From contig NOWV01000112.1 of assembly GCA_003344405.1 (NCBI GenBank), positions 62,001-126,000 on the forward strand: a stretch of 64,000 nt of DNA, written 5' to 3'. The stretch's first letter is position 1. Each line of letters starts with the position of its first letter. The notes under the pieces are model-generated. The model saw only the letters and a program-made list of their open reading frames with translations, did not search any database and had not been told where the DNA came from. The position numbers and the translations under genes were made by a program. Positions 52,126-64,000 of this stretch are shown here, in pieces. The DNA is from Trichoplax sp. H2 (Eukaryota).

Positions 52126-52769
52126 TGCTTGAATTTTATTGAAAATTCGTGTATAATAAATAAAATATCGCCAGATTAAAATTACCAGATTGATGGAATA
52201 GTACTGCTTTTACCTATAATGAGTTTATTCCTTGTAATTGAAGGTTCGATAATTCATGAATCAATTCAAAAATCTGATGAAAATTAAATAGATTTCGTAC
52301 CAAGCTACCTATATTAATGAGTGTACTATACAATTCAACCTTGTAACTGTATATTTGAGTAAAACGAAAATTGTGATAATATAACTATTGCAAGTAGCTT
52401 CCTTTACTTTCAAAATTTCAAATTTATCATCACTTAAGACTTACTTTTTTTGATGTTATTCTACCGTAACGTGATAAAATGTTGCAATAGTTTTTAGGGC
52501 ATCAGCGAGTAAATGTTATTTTACTTGCAATCGCGCTCGTAATGTAGTGCTGCCAAAGTATAATCACGTGCAGAACCTGATGTAATATCTACTACAGCAC
52601 GAAGTTTTTACACGGCAGTGTAAACTACTAGTGACCAGCGTGATGAAAATTACAGTAACTACTGTGATTTGCACGCAATTGCACAGTTGGTTGTTGTCTA
52701 TTTATTTATTGTAGTTTTGGTGCCGCTGTTTCACGTAATGATGGTGTGCTACGGGATAATTTATGCATA

Positions 52770-53135
52770 CCTATCGTAATATAGTTTTCATAAAACAATT
52801 TATCTAGAAATGTATTTATATTAGCTTATCTATGACGCTAGACATACTTTTAATAGATAACTGCATAATTTTGCTCAATATTATCTATAAACTGATAATT
52901 AATGTTTATGTTGATTTATTATAAATTGACGGACTTTTTCAATCAAGTTTGTGTTCAGTTCTGTCTAAAAGAGACTAGTGTTTTGTTACTGTTCCTCCTG
53001 ACGATCTCCTATCGTCAGGAATTAGAGTTGTACTGTAGGTTAATGTCAGGAAGTACAAACCTGACAATAAACTCATAGTGTGCAATTTCTGTAATAGTTA
53101 ACTTTTTCCACCTTACAAATTTCGATTTGTAACAT
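52770..53135 (+). repeat. Interspersed repeat family A, copy 2
   Basis: Alignable by eye to 3140-3432 and to the reverse complement of 63170-63470. Confidence 0.8.
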
Positions 53136-55859
53136 GGTGATATCTTAAAACGTAATATATTTTTAGGTTTAGGCAACAAAATTGCTCTAAAATAGACATT
53201 ACTACAGTATTGTGATCTCTACAATGTAGAGTCATAATAATACTGTAAAAGCTTGGATTTAAAATTTTACGAAGTAAATGCTGTGGAAGACAAATTAAAT
53301 AAGTCAATAGTATCATACAATCCATCAGCATGGCGCAACAAAAATTGGTTCCTGCAACCCTGGGCTCTATATTTCCTTGGCAGTATCTTTTACTTACTCC
53401 AGTAACTATTTCTTGCTAGCCTTTTGAATATTGTATACATATGTTATCTAATCATTTACCTTAAAACTATCCTTAGGCTCCAAATCTTCTTCTTTTATAC
53501 CTCTCGTTAGTCCATTACATTTTGTAAAGATATTTGTAAATAACTTCTACGTAACAACTTTTGCTTTTAAGGTGAAATTTTATCTGTAGGCGTCACTGCT
53601 CCTAGTCATTATCTTATATTTTACTTTTATACTATTCGTTATATACTGATACATTTAGTATATTTTTAGTATGTTAAATTCCATATAGTGTACACAGGGG
53701 CCGCAATTCTTCGTTTTTCTCTCAATCTTCCAACACAAATCCCGATTTCTACAGGTGAGAGTCTCATTTTAACCTATGCGAACTTTTCGTCTTCTATCAC
53801 CTCATTTATTTACTAACTTATTCTCTTATCACAAATTGAGTTAGTATAATTTATATGAGACTGCTTACTACCACTCGTTAATCGATTTGATGACTAAATT
53901 ATTAGGGACTATCTCTATCTCTATCGGGCTAAAATTATCTAACTTACCACAACAGAACTGACAGCTTATATCCAGTTAGTACAATCAAGTATTTGTACGG
54001 TCGATACAAGCACAAATGAAGAACGACTAGAAAAGTAATCTAAACTTATGTGATGAAGAGTTCGATAATTCAGCGATAGTAGATTTAGCAGGTATTTAGA
54101 GATGAACACGAATGCGTTAAGTAAGAAAATCGGTTCTTTATTATAGAATAAAAGTGCGGAGTAGTTACGGTAGAGCAGCGTATAAGGCATGTTAGAGTAA
54201 AGTGAAAATAATTAATTCTGTGACTCTTGCAACTTGTTGTGTCGAATTCTACAATATTGTCCTCTACATGTGTACTCATAATTTCTGCCTCAGATTCACT
54301 TCAAAAAAAACTAAGCTATTTAGAAGCAATTTACAAGCTGATAAAGTCTGCCGTTAGATTTTCAACCGCAGATTATGGTATTGATAAGATTTTCTCGATG
54401 ACTGTTGTTTAATACGAAGATAATAGAGGATTTATGTTTCATGTTTGCTATGAAATTATGAAATCGAAGTCAAATTATCCATTTGCATTTTCTAGATTTC
54501 AATTTGATCAAAATTATGAAAAGCTATTAAGACACTCTAAATGCGTATCTTATAACAAGAACAATTATGAGGCTTCCTAGATTTAGTAAATCTTGTACTA
54601 GGAAATAGGTCATAGGTTAGTCAACCGATGATTGAAAGAGTCTGGTAGGAGACTTTTGCAAGTATGAATCATTAGTTAGATTAATTTAGGGTTTGCATTT
54701 GTCCTTTCAATAGTATAATTGGGTCTTGTCAAGAATTTTTACAATAGTGTTTCATTGGTTTGTTGAATTGCCGACCGCAGGTGTATATAGAAACTACAGT
54801 TGTAGAAATATGAACGTGGAATCTGGGTTAATTGTATGATTTAGAATTAGGTAAATGATTACCCTTAGCCAGAGTTATTATTTTGATCAGTATAGAAGAG
54901 CTTCTATTTAAGTTAAGATATATTTTTGTATCACTTATGGCTAGGTTTAATATTTCTATTAGCAGATTATACAGTAGATATAAATATTTATCGAGCACCA
55001 ACATTGCATCTCTATCAAATTTATTTATGTTCTCATTATAAAAGTGCTTATGGACTTTCAGTTATATGAACGTAGGCTGAAATCTTTATAATTCAAACTA
55101 TTTGTACAGTAAAGCCAACGGCAAATAGGAAAACAAAAATTGAATTCGCAATGAGTGGAATGGACGAGAATGCCTACTCTGCAGTTGTACCATATGACGA
55201 CGTTAATTCCATATTTTCTTATATTCAAGATAAAAATCATCGAAGTGGTGATCGCAACAATCAGCATGTTTACCAGCAGTAATGCACCCCATACCGGTCG
55301 GTAGTTGATTATAGTGATAGCTATACTTAAGTCAATTGGATTAGTCTATTATGCTATTGTTAATACCCGATAAAGTGTTGATTGTAAATATTGGTCATTG
55401 CTAGATATAATAATTACTAATGATAGTAGATCAGTTAAGTTTGTTACATCATTCAATCGATGTGCTGAGATTTGAAGATGTCTGATATCTTACGGTGTCG
55501 GGTATTAATAGAAGAATGTTGGTATCTTAAGTAAGCAGATTCGGCTCTTAGAATGAGTTGATTATTTTTTAGAGGATAAGTATTCAATTGACAACTCAAA
55601 TCTGATTGTAGGCAGTTTTTTTGCGTCACTAAATTGATCAAATGCTATTTGCGTTGCAGATAGAAGCATCTAATTCATTTGAAGCTTAGAATGTTCTACT
55701 TTAGATTCTCATTGCTACTCTACTAGTCTAAAACCGTATAAATAGCTGATAACTATAAGGTGCTATAATTTAGAATGGCTGTACGTGCAGAAAGAATTAA
55801 AGACGATCTTGATGTATGATACTTATGTTTCATAATGATATCGTTGAATAATGCGCAAG

Positions 55860-56400
55860 CTAATGACAGAAAATCAATATGGTTTATAACATAGTCTGTA
55901 AGAAACCAGGCAAAAGAAGAGGCTTTATATGCTAAAAAAAAATAATCAATGAATACGAAAGAGAAGTTATCTCATTCCAGTACTTCACTAGGGCATTTCC
56001 TTAACGTAAGGTGCGACCTAAGGCTTTAGCCGTAGAAAATGTTAAAGAATATGAAGGAGAAACTATCCTATTTTCATCCTTTAATAGGGCATTTCCAGAA
56101 CGTATAATCCAAGAAAGGCTTTATCTACTGGAAAACAATAAAGAATATAACGGATAAGCTATCTCATTCCAGTTTTGAAGTCAACATGGTTTATAACATC
56201 ATCTGCGCAAAATATGGTGAAAAGGACAGGTGTTATCTGCAAAATAATCAAAAAATGTGAAACTATCTTATTCCAGTCCTTTAGTATGGGATTTCATGAA
56301 CGTATTTTGCAGGAACAGACTTTATCTATAGGAAAAAATAAAAAAATATAAAGGAGAAGCTATCTCATTCCAGTTTTTAAATAGAGCATTTTATGAATGT
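55860..56400. repeat. Degenerate tandem repeat, ~97 bp period, about 5 copies
   Basis: GAGAAG(T/C)TATCTCATTCCAGT-like cores near 55961, 56057, 56153, 56258 and 56354. Confidence 0.8.
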
Positions 56401-57959
56401 ATGAGGCTAATGAAACTAGAAATGACAAGCAAAAGTTGGCGTACTTGTAATTCTTTCAGTGACACTGTACGCCTGCATGCTTTATCTATTCGCTTTTACT
56501 ACAACAAACTAGCTACAGCACTAATTAGCTATTGAACACCATCTACTTTTTCGTTATCATTACTCTGGCAGCTAGTAATTAGATATTGTTTCTCCTGCCA
56601 TTCTTCTCTATAGTTCCAAGTTGATATAGTGAATGCCAATCTATACTTTGTGTTTCAGATATCTTAAATTCTAGTCTCGTATTTATAGAGTCGGTGTCTA
56701 TTGAATTGCACTATCGTAACTTATCGATGATAGTTAAATACTATATATTTACTTTGGGATCTATGTGCTATAACTTTAGTGCGTAACAATATTATTGACA
56801 ATTAGCAGTAATCTCAAATCCTATTACAGTCTCGTAAACTTATCCATCCTTGAGTGCATAGAGTAGAATTGATTAGGGTCCTAAATAGAGGAAATAGTTC
56901 TAATTCTGACGATCTTATTTAGTAACCCTATTTCACATACTATTAGGGTTGCTCAAGTGTCTTTACGACTGAATCATAAATACTGTGTTGTAAATTTGAA
57001 TTATAAAAATCTGCAACGGAATATCTAACAGTAATCTAGACAATTACAATAATTGCTTGTCACAGTCCAACTTGCAAACTTTCTGCTTTGCAAAAGATGC
57101 ATTGAAAGTCTAGGCAATCGAGCATTAGCTAAATTTTGTACCCCAATCATTTCTAAAAACTTGAAAAATTGAGAATGATGATCATTTATTTTACTACGAC
57201 TCACACGTCATTATATCTTCTTTATTAAGTTGATCTTTTACTACCCTTTCATATTACGAGAATTAAATAAATAGTTTAATATTAGCGATAAAGTTAAGTC
57301 TAAGCGAATAAATATGCTTGTCTACTGTTATAAATTCTTTTATACAGTAGCCGCCGTAATATAACTTCTATAATGGGAAATTGTTGGCATATGTCAGAGA
57401 GGAAAAGCTCGACTGTAAGCTCGTAGTGGTATGCATATTTGCTATGTTTGCTAATTTAGTTTCAATACTATATCGTGATAGTCACAATAGAATTTTGTCA
57501 CGATTTACACTGCTTAAGCGTTAATAGTTCTTTGAACTTGATACATTTGAGCATATTTCTTTAATAGCTTAAGGGAGGAGGAGGAATAGAGTTTAATACT
57601 GTAGAAGGTCATTAAAATGATTCAAAACAGTTGGTAGTCTTGCGATGTTCAACTCGCTGCTTGCTAAATTTATTTATTGAAGAAGTACTGCACGTAAAGA
57701 AGAAAGACCCTTGCATGATTCTCCAAATTGATTTTCGATGCCGGTTGGGTGGCACAATTTAAATACAATGTACGGAAGAGGCGGAATTAATCCTTTAATG
57801 TATGCTAACTTTTGTTACTTATTAACGCAAGATGTGCTTATACGTATTAATTTGTTAGTATAGCCTTAGGCATGAGGAAAAAAATTGACGCTCTCTAACT
57901 GATTATGAATACGTTAATAGTCATTACGATTAATTAATCGCAGGCCGAGATTTACTTAC

Positions 57960-58220
57960 TTAGCGGAAAGTGAAGTTGTGAGCCCTCCCCCCCCCCCGTA
58001 GGTAACCTGATTGGCTCCGAAAGGCAAAACAAGAGTCAAGAGGAAGAAAACAAAGCGCCGCTAGCGATGGCCAAAGTTTACAGTAAAATATTAATAAGTG
58101 ATGGTCCCAGCATAGGAATATTTGTGTTAGAGTTTTGTTCAAAATTGGTTGTCAAATAAGATGGGCCCGGATCGTATAAAAGGGTCTTAGAGGGAGAGCT
58201 AAAGTAGCCTCTCAGATTTG
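57960..58220 (+). promoter_or_regulatory. Putative Pol II promoter (GC-rich island, reverse CCAAT boxes, TATA)
   Basis: GC-rich patch with ATTGG near 58010 and 58144, TATAAAAG near 58175 and an Inr-like TCAGATT near 58212. Confidence 0.35.
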
Positions 58221-59844
58221 CTAAGTCGCGATTACTAGACTAACGTTCTACTATTAGCTATAGCCTTTTTATTGTTAATATTCTGTAACCTATTATGTAT
58301 ATGTGTATGTATTAAAGTTATTCTTATCCTAAGGCACTTAGTCTCAGCATTATTGTGAACCAGTAGTTCGGAATAATTTAGGAGTAACAATTATTACACA
58401 TTCTTATGTTAATTGATACATTATCATCGAAATGATTAAGATTTGTTGTGTTAAATTATTACCGGTAAACTCTCCGCTCAAAAGAACGATTAGAAAATCA
58501 AATATACTATTAAAAATCGTATTGCCCTAATTTGCTACTTATAAAATATCATTTCACTTCGCTGACAGTGAGCATACATCATAAAAAAGAGTCTATTTCA
58601 TGAGTACACTAATTATTCAAGCTTATTAATTTTTAATTAAGATCGTGATATCTTAAAGATTCATTCCATGGTTTCTATTTAATTGAAGGAAGTTACTCAA
58701 TATCTGCCGTACTAATTAGGCTATTAAGCTATTATAGTGATTATTTATCCTCGAATTTAAATCTACAATGTATTGCAGTGACTCAATTTTTAATCAACTA
58801 CGTTAATATCTTATTATTGACGATCTAAAAAGTAATATTAGTAAAGTGATTTAGTAGTGCAAGGAAAGGATAGGAAGTGAAATGAAGGCAGGAATTTAGT
58901 GGCCTTTACAGCTCGAAATGCCAATCTTTATATTTTAAATTAAATCCAAATTGCTTCATTAAGTAAATCAAGATTATTGCAGTTGCCATAGTGGTTTTTC
59001 AAAGAAGATAAAATATATAGCTGTTTATTTTTTGAATAGCTAAGATATATTAGGGACAACAGGGTGATAGGATATAATTTAATATATCCAAAAAGTAAAA
59101 GATGCTATTCTAGAATTGATCGTGATAGCTGTATCTTAATAGATTCAGGAAGAACAATAAAATAGATTTCCTTGTACTAATTCACGTTTTTCATCACTAT
59201 GAAAGGAGAAGTTTAAAAGCGATCATTTTGGAGTGAAGAAAAGAAGAATAATCTATTAGAAAATGACGATTACATTTATTACATCTTCTTTATATAATTC
59301 ATCGACGAAAGCTGATAGTTCCTGTAGCCATTTTGAACTAGTTTATCCACTATTATTACGCTAATTAATGAAATCATTAACCAGCCATTGGCTAAGTGCT
59401 TTGAATATCAGTAGAATAATTAAGACCATTGTTACTTAATATATCCTTAAGGCGCCACATCAATAAATGGAAAGTAAGTTTAGTAATTTATTTTATCCTA
59501 CATGAGATATATACTGAATAAATTCCATTATCTTATCGTTATATCATCATAATAATGATGCTTTAATATAAATAAATAATAATTAGAATGCCATGAAGAC
59601 TTACAATTGTATTACTGCAAGAACCTAAGCGGTAGTGATTTTTCGTTAACATTACATCTAGGTGCGGTTTTAGGTAGTTTCGATTGTTTTACAGACGAAA
59701 GTAATTGATCCAGTAGATCAATTTGGTTTAAATCGAGATTAATCGGCGTTGCTGGAGAACTGCAGCTATACGAGCGTATGTCTTGTCTTTTAATTCTATT
59801 GATTGAATACTGTTTTTCTAGCTTCATTGATCTATTTCACAGTC

Positions 59845-60225
59845 ATGAGTGACGAAGATGACATTTACGACAAATATGTACACATCAGAAAAAATATACT
59901 TTGTATCAAGAATGCTTACGATCAATTTGTATCAAAATTAGCCAAAAAATTACCGACCAAATCTTTTTACAAAGGAGCTTTCCAGTTCGGTATTATTGAT
60001 CATCATCAAGTTGCATGTAAGCAAATTGATATCAATGAAAAAATTTTGGGTGCTATCGATCCTGAGCAGTTCGATGATATCAAAGATTGGCTATCGATGA
60101 TGTTTGATGATGATCAATGCCGTCCATTTGCTCGTGAATTCATCGAAGAATTAAGTAAAGAATTAGGTGAATCAAGCCTGGAACAACTGTTAGAAAACGT
60201 ATATATAAAAGATGGTAAGAACTGA
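59845..60225 (+). CDS. Small orphan protein (126 aa, acidic, probably helical)
   Basis: Clean ORF MSDEDDIYDKYVHIRKN...IKDGKN*, preceded by an apparent 5'UTR intron 59776-59842 (GTATGT...TTTCACAG|TCATG). AATAAA directly follows the stop. Confidence 0.6.
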   Translation: MSDEDDIYDKYVHIRKNILCIKNAYDQFVSKLAKKLPTKSFYKGAFQFGIIDHHQVACKQIDINEKILGAIDPEQFDDIKDWLSMMFDDDQCRPFAREFIEELSKELGESSLEQLLENVYIKDGKN

Positions 60226-62202
60226 ATAAAAGAATATGCTGCTTGATGCAAAGTACCTACGTTAGTTTCCAAGTATTCTTTTAGATTTTAGGTTATATAA
60301 TAAGAATATATTAACTAGCTATACTAACTTGTTGCGTCCTTAATCTACCGGAACTTGCATAAAATATTGATAGTTTTACAGTTTCCTTCAGTGAATTAGA
60401 GGAGAAAAAATCTAGAGTTTTTACCAGAAGTGCGGCAATGTAGTCTCCTAAGGCCGAAATTACCCTGATATACTCATATGTCCGAAAGTTCAATTTAATG
60501 ATCATTTCTATACTTATAACGTACCTAGCATCTGTGCTCATGCATAAATGCACTGCTCTACATGGGATCTTACTATCTACCCAATAGCCGGCCCTTTATG
60601 TGGAATTGATCGTATACTTAAAATTTAAATATTCTACTGCTATAGAATACATCTAGTGCATTACATTGCCTATATTAAGCAAAATATCAAATTTTACGGA
60701 AGGTATTTCGCTCTTAGAATAACTAATACTGATCGCCATTGAAAGTTGATTCTTGAACAAGGAAAATATCGTAGAAATAGATTGCTTTGACAGATTAAAA
60801 ATAAAAATTAATGCTTAGGTGGAAATGTCATACCTTAATTATAGCTAAAAGGCATCGTCATAAACCAGCGATTATGACCGCAGTAAAAAAATAAACTTCA
60901 GCTTGGCATGCTCATCTCACGGTATCTTATTAACAGATCAAATATAAGTTGCACTAATAAATAATGCCTATACATGTATGCAAGGGTGGAAGCTAAGATG
61001 AATGAAAGTTTAGAGCATATTAATGAATATTAGCACAGAATTATCGCTAATATACAACTTCCGTGATTGAAGTTGAATGTTAGTTCTACATTCTCAAAGA
61101 TAATGTTATCCTGTAATGATGAACTAAACAGATAAAATATTGATTAGACTAATCATAGAATTAATAATGCCGATGCATGAATGTAAGAGTGGAAGTTAAG
61201 ATGAATAAAAGTTTAGAGTAAATTGAAACATCGTCCATATTACGTTTCATATCCCACGAAAGACAATACTTTAGCATGATATTAATCTAAATTACTTACG
61301 CATCATTTACATATTCGCAAGGTAATTAAAACTTCGTCACTATTACATTTACATACTATAAGATGCTAATTCATTTTTATAGTAATAAAGTTATCGTAAC
61401 ACTTAAATATCATTACTACAAATCTTATAGTTTATAATTGGAAGCATTTACAAATTATTAGTTGTAGCTAAGTCAATATACAATATTTTTGATCATAAAT
61501 TTCTTTATCGCCGCAACACAAAAACTTGAATTGCAAATGACGTGGACGGATATCTAAACGAGGAACAAATCGGAATATTTCTTTGACAGTTCAATGTACT
61601 TTATTAGTTAATTGTACAGTGCCCAAGAAATGTTTATTTAAATTCTTGTTTTTCCTGGTACCAACTTATAATTTACATTATGACATTTGATTAGTATAGT
61701 AACACGGTATAGGTATGTGTGAATGTGCAGACCTCAAAGTCCTAGTTTACATTGGCTTCTATTCCAAGCCGCATACCTCAAAGCAGTAGCTTCTATATAC
61801 CTGAATTATACTCTAATATCGCTTTCAGTAGAATAATAGGTTGCTCTATACTAAAGATAATTACTAAATTGATGTCATTAGTAAAAATACTTTTATTTGC
61901 ATTGAGATTAGTCATAGTTTTCATTTTAACATAATTTCAAAGTTAATATGCCTATACTTGCTATCAAAGGCATTTTTAGTAATTATTTCTCTGATATTTA
62001 CTTCTATAATTTCTTGATACTATCATTCACTTTTCGTCGTTATTCTATCATTACAGGATACTTACTGTATAGACTAAATATAATTTTCATTTAAACATCA
62101 CTTCTAGTTAATAGACCTGTAATTAATATCAAAGGGCATTTTTAGCCCTTTTTTCGACAATTCTTTTTACATTTTACGCTCTTCAATATTCTGTCATTGC
62201 AG

Positions 62203-62888
62203 GATTCTTTGTCATTTCAAACGAAGTTGAAGGAGGTAAGAGCTATCTTGTATCATGTTAACAAGTAAAGTAGTTCATTTATAAGTACGTAAAATTTTCT
62301 AATTTAGAATTTACAAGTAATAAAGATACATTTTACTGGCTGTAGTTGTTAAACTGATTCAATAGATAATATCGTTTCAATGTTTGGGATGATTGATTGA
62401 ACGATCTTACTTCTATTACAATCATCATATTGCAAAGCTTGCTAATACTAGTCTTGTAGAACTATGCATAGTTTATTAGGCTATACTGCCATTAATAAAA
62501 CACTTTCATCTTTTATTTAATCTTCTTGAAGCGAGATAGTCAAAGTTATTTGAAGGCTAATTCCCTTTAGACAAACTTGTAATCTAATTCATCTTCATTA
62601 TGATATGATGTTGATTAGTCTATAGCCTACATTATGAATCATATTTGATTAACATGCACCATACAGTTCTTGGATCCATCTTAGCCGTTGCTTTAAATAT
62701 TTACCAGGATCCTCATTTAAATCAGTCCAAGTCGATGCAGATGAGCCAGTTATCATTATTAAAGGTAAGGTTGTTAAGGAGTTATTATGTCCATTGAATA
62801 TTCACATTTTTTATCACGCTATTGGCAGATAAAAATCGAAAAGTTCATGAACAATTGCGTAGCTAAACACACACTAATTAACTATTAA
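62203..62888 (+). other. Possible spliced exon chain of an unidentified gene or relic
   Basis: Exons 62203-62235, 62667-62764 and 62829-62888 have good CAG acceptors and GTAAG donors and join in frame (xFFVISNEVEGVLGSILAVALNIYQDPHLNQ...IKIEKFMNNCVAKHTLINY*). No start exon was found. Confidence 0.3.
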
Positions 62889-63169
62889 AAGTACTAGACT
62901 TTGCCAATATTATGGTAAAAAATTCGGGCCATGATGCTTACTGTAAATACAACTTCCTATTGCTATAATAATAAACAGGGATTTCAGTTCATCCAGGTCA
63001 CGCAAAATTTGTAGAGTGTCCTTACAAGCACTTCTCATGTTGATCACTTTCAACCTAATGAATATTCTATCTATATTCCTATCAACTTCTAAAATACATA
63101 ATTATTACAACAAATCTAAATTTGAAACGCGACAAAGTGTAACTATTTGCGAAAACTAATATTATGAGA

Positions 63170-63470
63170 CTACTGTAAGGTTTGTCCTTCCCGATACCTA
63201 CCTACAAAACAACTCGAAAGAACGACTCCTATCGTTACGAAGAATGGTAATCCACTAGTTTCTTAGATCAAACTAAACCCAAGCTCTATTGAAAAGTCAA
63301 TTAATTTATAGTAAATCTGCATAAAAATTTCATTATCAGTTTATAGATTATATTATATAAGTATTGCATTTATCTATTAAAGGTACGTAATATATCATAG
63401 ATAAGTTAATATAAACACATTACTAGATGAGTTTTTATATTGAAAACTGTGTTACGACAGCTATGCAAAT
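63170..63470 (-). repeat. Interspersed repeat family A, copy 3 (inverted)
   Basis: The plus strand reads CATTATCAGTTTATAGAT...TATCTATTAAA..ATCATAGATAAG, the reverse complement of copies 1 and 2. Confidence 0.75.
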
Positions 63471-64000
63471 GTTACTCCGTAATATTTACTTCATATTTTA
63501 ATGATTTTACATATAGACCATTGTTAAGAGCTAGAAATAGCCCTAACTTGCTACAAGGGTTGATAGAGTACTTTCTAACCTATACTACTGTTATTTAGAA
63601 TACCAGTCAAATGATATCCCTAGGCAGATATCTGTACAGATTGAACACAGTTTAATCCTATCAAATTTACTGTATCTAAATTAATCAATTCTTAATAAGA
63701 GTTTGATAAACGCATATTAGGCTATACTACTAAGATATTTCCTCTAAACTTAGAAATTATACTTTCAACCTTAAGAACCTTGGAGTTGATAGATACAATC
63801 CCAGTTAAACTAGTTGGTAATTACTATCATAGTCTATCTGTTCCTAAGTTATAGATTGTTAACACATGCAATGTTAACCACTAAAGTTATAGTTAAGGAG
63901 ACCGTAAACATGTCTAAGATATAAACATACATAAAACATAACATAGAAATAAAATACACGTCTCGAAGATTGCTTTCGCGACAAACATCATTTTATCTAT

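Overview
AT-rich eukaryotic (animal) genomic DNA with compact intron-rich genes. The short introns and the long intronless 42-aa TPR array suggest a placozoan (Trichoplax-like) genome, which is an inference. Genes I could reconstruct by hand: the 5' part of a NEPRO-like gene (-), an intronless bacterial-type YtcJ/Amidohydro_3 amidohydrolase (+; horizontal transfer candidate), a two-exon orphan gene with SILK, RVxF and neurabin/Bni4-like PP1-docking motifs (-), ZFPL1 (+), L2HGDH (-), Son of sevenless (+) containing a clear U12-type AT-AC intron, a ~29-repeat TPR ORF with a decaying 3' tail and a death-fold-like exon (-), and a small orphan ORF (+). Intergenic DNA carries many local tandem duplications of 55-750 bp, a dispersed repeat whose hairpin loop is flipped between copies, a foldback-like element upstream of the amidohydrolase, and possible decayed XRCC1-N-like and death-domain relics. 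No tRNA, rRNA or CRISPR array was recognised.
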